A stretch of DNA of 37,885 nucleotides from an uncultured Woeseia sp. (GTDB taxonomy: Bacteria; Pseudomonadota; Gammaproteobacteria; Steroidobacterales; UBA11654), in contig CAZLQT010000002.1 of assembly GCA_964561815.1 (NCBI GenBank), positions 1 through 37,885 on the forward strand. Direction: 5' to 3'. The position numbers and the translations under genes were made by a program. The notes beneath the pieces were generated by a model. That model was not told where the DNA came from. It did not search any database and saw only the letters and a program-made list of their open reading frames with translations. Shown in pieces: positions 31,244-37,885 of the stretch (position 1 is the stretch's first letter; the number at the start of each line of letters is the position of its first letter).

Positions 31244-31960
31244 TTATTCAGCCTTATAAATTTGCTCACAAAGCTCGAAAGTGTCGCTCACAAGTTCCAT
31301 TATAGGTGCGCTTTGTTGCCAGTATTGGGCCCAATCAGCGCCTTCGAAATACTCGTCAATAAGATGACCTATCTCTTCTGCGGTTGGTGAAATAGCTCTA
31401 ACCATAATAGTTGAAGACTCGTGAACTCCGCCTCCGATGGGCATAAATACACCCAGGTTGAAGGTTTCATGACCGCTCTCAATTATTGCTGTCTCAAGTT
31501 TTCTCATGTTATCTACAAAAGCATTTAAATTTTCAGGTGAGACTTTGACTCTTAGAACTCGTTCCCATCCAGGATCAAGCCTGAAGGATTTCAAACCCTT
31601 CCAAGTTACACCGTATTTTACTTTCCGTAATTTAGACATACTCTCAGGAGCTTCAGCTGGGTTATATAGGTCGTTAGCATTTATTGCTGAAGCTACATCG
31701 GGATAAGCGGTCCAAACAAACATCTCTCCTTTGTGGTTATTCCCTGATCGAGTAACACACACGCCTGCATCTGTTGCTCCTATAGCCTTAAAGACGGTCT
31801 GGTCTGATCTTAGGGTATCAACGTATTTATTAATGTCTTTTGCTTTAACCATTAAAGTATTAAAAGCACCTTGTCCTATCCCAGGAATTGTATGATGGTC
31901 GGCATTCACCAATGATGGACTTATAACAAACGCTATTAATAAGATGATAATTTTTTTCAT
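31244..31960 (-). CDS. secreted protein of unknown function (apparent tandem alpha+beta domain duplication)
   Basis: The ORF track extends to 32029, but the ATG at 31960 has AAGGAG 6 nt upstream. It opens directly into a signal peptide (MKKIIILLIAFVISPSLVNA) and removes the overlap with the PhzF-like gene. Confidence 0.6.
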   Translation of the reverse strand: MKKIIILLIAFVISPSLVNADHHTIPGIGQGAFNTLMVKAKDINKYVDTLRSDQTVFKAIGATDAGVCVTRSGNNHKGEMFVWTAYPDVASAINANDLYNPAEAPESMSKLRKVKYGVTWKGLKSFRLDPGWERVLRVKVSPENLNAFVDNMRKLETAIIESGHETFNLGVFMPIGGGVHESSTIMVRAISPTAEEIGHLIDEYFEGADWAQYWQQSAPIMELVSDTFELCEQIYKAE

Positions 31961-32012
31961 AGTTGGCTCCTTTAAATCTTTCATTTCCCCAGTCTTAAAA
32001 TTGTAGCTCAAT

Positions 32013-32798
32013 TCAGACAAGAATTTCACCGCTTAAATAAATCAATGAAGCTCCTCCAATCATTACTCGGTCTTCTTTATTGATACAATGAATGATGCCG
32101 CCTCTTTCCGAGAGTTGATGCGCTAATAATTCGTCTTTGGAAAAAACTGCACTCCAGTATGGAATCATTGTGGTATGAGCAGAGCCAGTTACCGGATCCT
32201 CATTGACTCCGGTTTGAGGAAAAAAACACCTCGAGACAAAATCAACATCATCACCAGGAGCAGAGGCAATGAGGCCTCTCGAGTCGATTTTTGCAATTTC
32301 ACTAAAATTAGGCCTTAAGTCTCTAATGATTTTCTCACTTTGAAAGATAGCTAAATAATCATCCCTTCCTTTAAATAACAAATTGGGTTCAGCGCCTAAT
32401 AAGTTAACAACGAAGTCTGTTTTGACAATCTCAACAGAGACATCAGCTGGAAAATCAAGAAAAATAAGATCATTTTTCTTGGTAGCGATTAATTCCCCAC
32501 TTTTTGAATCAAATCTAATTTCATTTACATCTCCATCTAGGTGTTTTTCAAACAAGACCTTTGCTGATGCCAATGTGGCATGTCCACATAAATTAACTTC
32601 AGTGGTGGGTGTAAACCAACGAATTGTGTAAGGTGTTTGAGAGATATTTATAAAAGCTGTTTCTGATAAGTTATTCTCATTGGCTATCGATTGCATAACC
32701 TGTTCTGATAAGTCTTTCTCTAGGGGAATAACTGCTGCGGGGTTTCCAGAAAATAACTTACTAGTAAAAGCATCAACTTGATAAATGGGTAGTTTCAC
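32013..32798 (-). CDS. PhzF-family isomerase (YddE-like)
   Basis: 261 aa with IYQVDAFTSKLFSGNPAAV, NLSETAFI, LCGHATLASA and VTGSAHT blocks. Confidence 0.85.
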   Translation of the reverse strand: MKLPIYQVDAFTSKLFSGNPAAVIPLEKDLSEQVMQSIANENNLSETAFINISQTPYTIRWFTPTTEVNLCGHATLASAKVLFEKHLDGDVNEIRFDSKSGELIATKKNDLIFLDFPADVSVEIVKTDFVVNLLGAEPNLLFKGRDDYLAIFQSEKIIRDLRPNFSEIAKIDSRGLIASAPGDDVDFVSRCFFPQTGVNEDPVTGSAHTTMIPYWSAVFSKDELLAHQLSERGGIIHCINKEDRVMIGGASLIYLSGEILV

Positions 32799-32819
32799 AG
32801 TAATTAAGTACTAGGTCGT

Positions 32820-33218
32820 TTATTCTGTAATACTTATTAACTCTTGTCGCTCTATATCGTAGATAAATCCTTTAACCACGATATGGTCAGAAACTAAATT
32901 ATGAGATTTAATCTTATTTATATCTTCACGAACACTTTCCTCGAGATCCAAGAAAAGATTATTTTTAACTGTATCTGGCAATGAAGAAAGAGCTTCCTCA
33001 GGCATATGACCCATTAGGCAGTCCGTGTGGTGTATGACCCACCATTCTTTAGAACCAAAGAATTTTTCTGTAACTGTCATGGACTCAATCGCTTCTCGAG
33101 TTGCTCTGCCGCCAGCATTCCTAATAACAAATGCTTCTGATTCTTGAAAACCAGTGATAGCTATTGGGTCAAGCCTAGCGTCCATGCAAGTTAATAAGGT
33201 GTATTTTTTTTCACTCAT
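32820..33218 (-). CDS. minimal beta-class carbonic anhydrase (Cab-type)
   Basis: 132 aa. The zinc and catalytic motifs are CMDARL (Cys, Asp-x-Arg) and HHTDC (His-x-x-Cys), with IRNAGG between them. Overall it is collinear with Methanothermobacter Cab (ITCMDSRL, IKNAGN, GHTDCGM, GLIIDINTG) but lacks the N-terminal arm. Confidence 0.7.
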   Translation of the reverse strand: MSEKKYTLLTCMDARLDPIAITGFQESEAFVIRNAGGRATREAIESMTVTEKFFGSKEWWVIHHTDCLMGHMPEEALSSLPDTVKNNLFLDLEESVREDINKIKSHNLVSDHIVVKGFIYDIERQELISITE

Positions 33219-33220
33219 CG

Positions 33221-34747
33221 CTAATCTCTTTTTTGACTTAATGACATAGTTACAGCTTTGTAAATTATAGATCTAGTATCTTCAGGGTCAATAACAGCAT
33301 CAATCTCTAGATGTGCAGCCGCCTCGATAGCCTTGCCTCTCTCGTAAGCCTCAGCAACGAGTTCATTAAACAAATCTTCTCTTTTTTTATCATCAGTTTC
33401 TGACTCTAGTTCCTTCTTAAACCCTAGTTTTACTGCGCCTTCTAGACCCATTCCACCAAATTCTGCGCTTGGCCAAGCAACTGTGTATGTCGGATCGTGC
33501 AAACTGCCACCAACCATGGCTTGCGCACCTAGTCCGTAACCTTTTCTTAAAAATACTGCGACAATAGGAGTTTCTATCCTTGAACCCACCTTAAATAAGC
33601 TAGCCATTCTTCTGACAGCCCCTTCTTCTTCACTTTCAGGGCCTACCATGAAGCCCGGAGTATCCACTAAAGCAACTACAGGAATAGAGTGATCATTGCA
33701 TATTGTTAGGAAATCAGCTGTTTTTTCTGCGGCTTCTGAATCAATTGCCCCTCCCAGCTGCTGGCAATCGCTAGCAACAATGGCAATGGGCTGACCTTCG
33801 ATTCTTATAAACCCTGTAATTATGCTTCTCCCATAATTTTTTTTGAGTTCAAGAAACGTTTCAGAGTCAGCAATCAAATCTATTATTTCTCTTACCGGAT
33901 AAGCCCATCTCCTGTCTTCAGGAATAATTTCTTTAAGCTTGGATTGATCCCCAAATGAAAATTCTTCTACAGAACCTTGGAAATACGACAATAGCTTTTT
34001 AGCAATTGCTGTGGCCTCTTCTTCGTCGGTTGCTAGATAATCAATCACACCATTCTTTTCCTGTACCTTTGATGGCCCTATTTCTTCTGGATCAAATATA
34101 CCTAAACCACCTCCTTCAATCATGGCTGGACCTGCCATCCCTATCCATGAATTTTTAGTGGCAATTCTAAAATCAGAACAGCCAAACAAAGCTGCATTTC
34201 CAGCAAAACAATAGCCATTGGCGACTGCTATTTTAAGATTTTGCCCAGACAATCTAGCCCAGGTTGAAAACGACGGTATATTCAGGCCTGCTATTTGAGT
34301 TGTTACATCAACATCGCCGGGTCGACCCCCGCCTCCCTCGGTAAAGATCACAATAGGTAATGCAAATTTCTCAGCTTGTTCTGTGATACGGTCTAATTTC
34401 TGATGATGAAAAAAACCTTGCGTTCCTGCTAAAACAGAATAATCGTAAACTATAGCTACTGCATGCGACCTAGATTCTTTTATGTATTCTGAGTTGATCT
34501 TGCAAAAACCGGTAATAATCCCGTCAGCTGGTGTATCTTCTTGTAGTTCTTTGTAATCCTTTCTGGTCCTTTGGGCTGCAACCGCGAACTCCCCGAACTC
34601 CAAAAAGCTTTTTTGATCCACTAAATCATCTAGATTTTCTCTCGCTGTTCGATAACCTTTGCTGTGCCTTTTCTCTGTCGCTGAGACTCTGGATGAATCT
34701 TGAGATTTTTCCAGTCGTTTCAAAAAGTTTTCAAATTCTTTATTCAT
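33221..34747 (-). CDS. acyl-CoA carboxylase carboxyltransferase (beta) subunit family protein
   Basis: 508 aa with two crotonase-like carboxyltransferase halves. Blocks include ARENLDDLVDQKSFLEFGEF, DGIITGFCKING-type, TEGGGGRPGD and VDTPGFMVG. Confidence 0.85.
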   Translation of the reverse strand: MNKEFENFLKRLEKSQDSSRVSATEKRHSKGYRTARENLDDLVDQKSFLEFGEFAVAAQRTRKDYKELQEDTPADGIITGFCKINSEYIKESRSHAVAIVYDYSVLAGTQGFFHHQKLDRITEQAEKFALPIVIFTEGGGGRPGDVDVTTQIAGLNIPSFSTWARLSGQNLKIAVANGYCFAGNAALFGCSDFRIATKNSWIGMAGPAMIEGGGLGIFDPEEIGPSKVQEKNGVIDYLATDEEEATAIAKKLLSYFQGSVEEFSFGDQSKLKEIIPEDRRWAYPVREIIDLIADSETFLELKKNYGRSIITGFIRIEGQPIAIVASDCQQLGGAIDSEAAEKTADFLTICNDHSIPVVALVDTPGFMVGPESEEEGAVRRMASLFKVGSRIETPIVAVFLRKGYGLGAQAMVGGSLHDPTYTVAWPSAEFGGMGLEGAVKLGFKKELESETDDKKREDLFNELVAEAYERGKAIEAAAHLEIDAVIDPEDTRSIIYKAVTMSLSQKRD

Positions 34748-34760
34748 TTAGCGATATATC

Positions 34761-35363
34761 CTATAAGAAAAGTTGAATAGCGATAATTATTAATATTATG
34801 CCTATCACTTTTTCAAAAACAGGAATAAAGTTTTCATATTTCTTTGTCAGCACTTGATTGGAAAAAATATAAGAAATTCCTGTAAACCAAATAAAGGTGG
34901 TGATGGACATATACAGACCATAAAACATTAATAATATTGTTGTCGTGGATTCATTGACCACTATTGTGAAGAGCGTTATAAAAAATAATATTGCTTTTGG
35001 ATTAAGTATATTAGTAACCAAACCCAAAACATAAGAGCCTAAATAATTCTCATTGTGTCTTTTATCTTCATCATTTAATGGATTCGGTTTAGAAAAGAAC
35101 GTCAAGAAACCGAGATAAGCGATATAGATTGCTGCAATAATCTTTAGCCAATTAAAAAGATCCGGATTGGATGATACGACAAGAGAGACACCAGTGATTG
35201 CTATGAATGAATGAAAAACAATGCCTGTAGCTATTCCTGCACTCGCCCAAATAGCTATGACTTTACCGAACCTTAATGATTGCCTCGTAACCAACAAAAA
35301 ATCTGGCCCTGGGCTCGCAACGGCAAATAGATGAAGCAATGCAATTGTGAAGAATTCAAGCAC
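34761..35363 (-). CDS. LysE/RhtB-family amino-acid exporter
   Basis: 200 aa, roughly six transmembrane helices, with the N-terminal signature AVASPGPDFLLV. GTG start. Confidence 0.8.
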   Translation of the reverse strand: MLEFFTIALLHLFAVASPGPDFLLVTRQSLRFGKVIAIWASAGIATGIVFHSFIAITGVSLVVSSNPDLFNWLKIIAAIYIAYLGFLTFFSKPNPLNDEDKRHNENYLGSYVLGLVTNILNPKAILFFITLFTIVVNESTTTILLMFYGLYMSITTFIWFTGISYIFSNQVLTKKYENFIPVFEKVIGIILIIIAIQLFL

Positions 35364-35385
35364 GATGTTGTTTGGTTTTTATTGT

Positions 35386-36483
35386 CTAATACTTTTTCAG
35401 ATGATAATCAGAATTACCAAATAAAGCATCTATAGCAACCAACTTTTTAAGATAATGGCCAATCAACATTTCATCACTAACACCCATGCCTCCATGAAGT
35501 TGGACCGCTTCTTGGGAAACTAATCTGCCGGAAGTTCCAATTTGATATTTTAGGGCTGAAACAGACTTCGTTTTTGTATCTTGATCAGAATCACACTCGA
35601 GCATGGCTTTGTATAAAAGGGATTTACACACTTCTGTTTCCATAAACATATCAACCATTCTATGCTGGAGTACTTGAAATTTACTGATTGGTTGACCGAA
35701 CTGTTGTCTACCCTTGGTGTATTCTATGGTTTTCATATAGCAGGCTGTCATACATCCAATGCTCTCTGCACTAACACAAAGCGTGGCCAGATTAATTGCT
35801 TCATCCAGAAGTGCTTCAGCTTCATCGCCCGCTGCTAGGATTGTGTTTTGAGACACATTAACATTCTCAAAGTTAATTTCTGCACAGATCTGACCGTCCA
35901 CTGTGGAGTATTCATTCAGCAATACTCCGGATTCTTCTTTATCAATTAAAATAAGTGCCTTTTTATCCTCATAACTGACCCAAAGAATTAAATTGTCTGC
36001 ATTACCTCCATTGAGAACCAGAGACTTCTTACCGTTAATAATTATTTCATCCCCGTCCTTAACTGCTGATGTCTTCGGATCAGCATGATCAAAGTGTTGG
36101 TTTGGTTCAATATAGGCCAGTGAAACATGTTTGTTTCCCGATGTGATTGCCTCGACAAATTCAACACGTCGGCTAAAAGATGAGTTATCAATAATGTATC
36201 CCGATAAAACGACGGTGCTCAAATAAGGCTCAAGAACAAGAACCTTTCCGAACTCTTCAAACAAAATTGAAAGTTCAACCGGGCCACAACCGAAACCACC
36301 TGAATCTTCATTGAACGGTAGAGATAGCCAACCTAATTCAGAAAAGAGTTTCCAAAAGTCTCTATCAAAACCTTTTCCTGATTTGATAATTTCCTCTCTC
36401 TTCTCCAGAGTGTAATCTGACATACAGAATTTCTGTATTTCTTCCCTGAGCATTTTTTGTTCGTCTGAAAAATTTAAATTCAT
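35386..36483 (-). CDS. acyl-CoA dehydrogenase family protein, apparently non-catalytic (beta-type) subunit
   Basis: 365 aa of ACAD fold (RQQFGQPISKFQ, QLHGGMG). The FAD/substrate loop is degenerate (AYIEPNQHFDHADP instead of TEPxxGSD). Both possible catalytic-Glu positions are substituted (LATL and FGNS). Confidence 0.8.
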   Translation of the reverse strand: MNLNFSDEQKMLREEIQKFCMSDYTLEKREEIIKSGKGFDRDFWKLFSELGWLSLPFNEDSGGFGCGPVELSILFEEFGKVLVLEPYLSTVVLSGYIIDNSSFSRRVEFVEAITSGNKHVSLAYIEPNQHFDHADPKTSAVKDGDEIIINGKKSLVLNGGNADNLILWVSYEDKKALILIDKEESGVLLNEYSTVDGQICAEINFENVNVSQNTILAAGDEAEALLDEAINLATLCVSAESIGCMTACYMKTIEYTKGRQQFGQPISKFQVLQHRMVDMFMETEVCKSLLYKAMLECDSDQDTKTKSVSALKYQIGTSGRLVSQEAVQLHGGMGVSDEMLIGHYLKKLVAIDALFGNSDYHLKKY

Positions 36484-36485
36484 AG

Positions 36486-37655
36486 CTATAAACCGAGTAT
36501 CATCTTGGCAATAATATTCTTTTGTATTTCATTACTGCCCCCATAAATAGAAGTCTTTCGATAGTTAAGATATTTTGCAAGGGCCTTTGCTGCGTAATCA
36601 GGACCATCGGGTTGAGAACCTTCTGCATGGCCTTGAGGGCCAGGATAAATAAGTGCATGCTCTCCTGCTGCTTCTACAAACAATTCTGTTAATCGTTGTT
36701 GAATCTCAGTGCCTCGAATTTTCAGAATAGAGGATTCCGGACCTGGGTGCCCTGTGGTTTCTATATCTGATAACATTCTTAAACCCGACATCTCGAGAGC
36801 TGAAAGATCAATCTCAAGTTTCTTAACCTTTCTCGATAGATCTGAGTTGTTAAGCTTTGAGACTATTTCTTTTAATTTATTTAACTGTCGAATCTCAGCG
36901 CCAACAACAGCTATGCCAAATCGTTCATTGGCTAATAAAAATTTAGCATAGGTCCATCCTTTACCTTCCTCACCGATAAGATTTTCAACAGGTACTTTTA
37001 CATCAGTAAAAAAGACGGTATTCACCTCATGTGCGCCATCGATGGTAATAATTGGCTCGACTTCAACTCCTGGGCTCTTCATATCAATAAGCAGGAATGA
37101 AATACCCTCTTGTCTTTTCTCTGTTGTTTCTGTTCTAACCAAGTTGAAAATCCAGTCAGAATGCTGCGCTAATGTCGTCCACGTTTTAGAGCCATTGACT
37201 ATATAATGATCCCCCTCTTTAACTGCCTTAGTGCTCAAAGAGGCTAAATCTGAGCCAGACCCTGGCTCTGAGTATCCTTGAGACCACCAAGTATTAAAAT
37301 TTAATATGTCCGGCAGAAACCTTTTCTTTTGTTCTTCATTGCCAAATGTATAGATAACTGGACCGACCATAGCGACCCCAAAGGGTAAAATAGACGGACA
37401 TCCGGCAAGACCAAATTCTTTTTGAAAAATGTATATCTGAGTGGATGTCCAGCCTGTACCACCATATTCAGTGGGCCAATTGAATCCCATCCAACCCTTT
37501 GCGGCAATCGCTTTGTGAAAATCGGTAATATCCTCTTTGGTTAAAGCTTCACCGTTGTCCTGTTTTTCCTTAACGTGTTTCGGGTAATCATTTTTAATCC
37601 AGGATCTTATTTCGTCTCTGAATTCGAGGTCTTTTTCTGTAAATCTTATTTCCAT
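36486..37655 (-). CDS. acyl-CoA dehydrogenase (catalytic subunit)
   Basis: 389 aa with GYSEPGSGSDLASL and NGSKTWTT. A Glu sits at the IVD/LCAD-type position (LLANERFG). The C-terminus is IYGGSNEIQKNIIA. Its stop is 2 nt from the next ACAD start (TAG-CT-ATG). Confidence 0.85.
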   Translation of the reverse strand: MEIRFTEKDLEFRDEIRSWIKNDYPKHVKEKQDNGEALTKEDITDFHKAIAAKGWMGFNWPTEYGGTGWTSTQIYIFQKEFGLAGCPSILPFGVAMVGPVIYTFGNEEQKKRFLPDILNFNTWWSQGYSEPGSGSDLASLSTKAVKEGDHYIVNGSKTWTTLAQHSDWIFNLVRTETTEKRQEGISFLLIDMKSPGVEVEPIITIDGAHEVNTVFFTDVKVPVENLIGEEGKGWTYAKFLLANERFGIAVVGAEIRQLNKLKEIVSKLNNSDLSRKVKKLEIDLSALEMSGLRMLSDIETTGHPGPESSILKIRGTEIQQRLTELFVEAAGEHALIYPGPQGHAEGSQPDGPDYAAKALAKYLNYRKTSIYGGSNEIQKNIIAKMILGL

Positions 37656-37701
37656 CTTATTTCTGTAAATATTACCTTTATATTGAATTCCTCACTAGCT
37701 A

Positions 37702-37884
37702 TTATTCGTCGACGGACTCAATCCAGATTGGAGATGACCATGCCATTTCACTTATAGTGGTCGGAAAATCTTCCGGTGGTTGTATACCGAGAGCTAGACT
37801 GTCGTATGTTGACCATCGGCAAGTAGGAACCTGAAGAACTCTGACATAATAAAATGCGTTCTGTTCAGGTTTATAAGTTTCGTC
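37702..37884 (-). CDS. C-terminal 60 codons of a DUF3604-like protein (5' part outside the window)
   Basis: Not in the ORF track. Hand translation of the minus strand gives DETYKPEQNAFYYVRVLQVPTCRWSTYDSLALGIQPPEDFPTTISEMAWSSPIWIESVDE*. The ending ...ERAWSSPIWY-like is what I remember for DUF3604 C-termini. The frame is open to the window edge. Confidence 0.45.
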   Translation of the reverse strand, partial: DETYKPEQNAFYYVRVLQVPTCRWSTYDSLALGIQPPEDFPTTISEMAWSSPIWIESVDE

Positions 37885-37885
37885 A

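Noticed and set aside
31961-32029. N-terminal extension of the 31244 ORF (MKFLSELSYNFKTGEMKDLKEPT) overlapping the PhzF-like gene by 17 nt.
   Set aside because: The internal ATG at 31960 has a perfect AAGGAG SD and starts a canonical signal peptide. The extension has no SD and would bury the signal peptide.

Overview
The window is AT-rich and extremely gene-dense. About 40 genes are present, almost all on the minus strand, with intergenic gaps mostly of 0-50 nt. Gene content and order (prmB-aroC, parE-parC, nrdR-ribD-ribE-ribB-ribH...nusB-thiL-pgpA, glyA, purL) indicate a gammaproteobacterium. The low GC and compaction suggest a streamlined marine lineage such as SAR86, but that is inference only.

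Positions 1-22161 are a conserved housekeeping block: chorismate synthase, L3 methyltransferase, Psd, EF-P, topoisomerase IV, KatG, XseB, PgpA, ThiL, NusB, a complete riboflavin-to-FAD block, NrdR, GlyA, PurL and DUF1820.

Positions 22162-37885 are accessory-looking:
- A near-consensus Fur box lies in front of an orphan P19/FetP-type periplasmic iron protein and a lipoprotein alkyl sulfatase.
- A tight co-directional string then follows: tadA, an MBL hydrolase, DUF1330, a DhlA-like haloalkane dehalogenase, a UbiD-family decarboxylase, a secreted amidohydrolase, two secreted proteins of unknown function, PhzF-like, a minimal Cab-type beta-carbonic anhydrase, an acyl-CoA carboxyltransferase, a LysE exporter, an apparent catalytic/non-catalytic acyl-CoA dehydrogenase pair, and the C-terminus of a DUF3604 protein.

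I saw no rRNA, tRNA, CRISPR array, IS element, integrase or phage gene, and no transcription factor other than NrdR. I could not establish a clear-cut novel system such as a defence or toxin-antitoxin locus. The best candidates for undescribed biology are:
- the pair of secreted unknown proteins at 30.6-32.0 kb;
- the beta-CA translationally coupled to a partner-less carboxyltransferase;
- the Fur-controlled P19 locus, which has a mini-ORF in place of a permease;
- two micro-ORFs with Shine-Dalgarno sequences downstream of psd;
- a GC-rich, probably acquired katG with a Fur-family-type palindrome.

All homology calls come from reading the translations against remembered family motifs. No searches were run.
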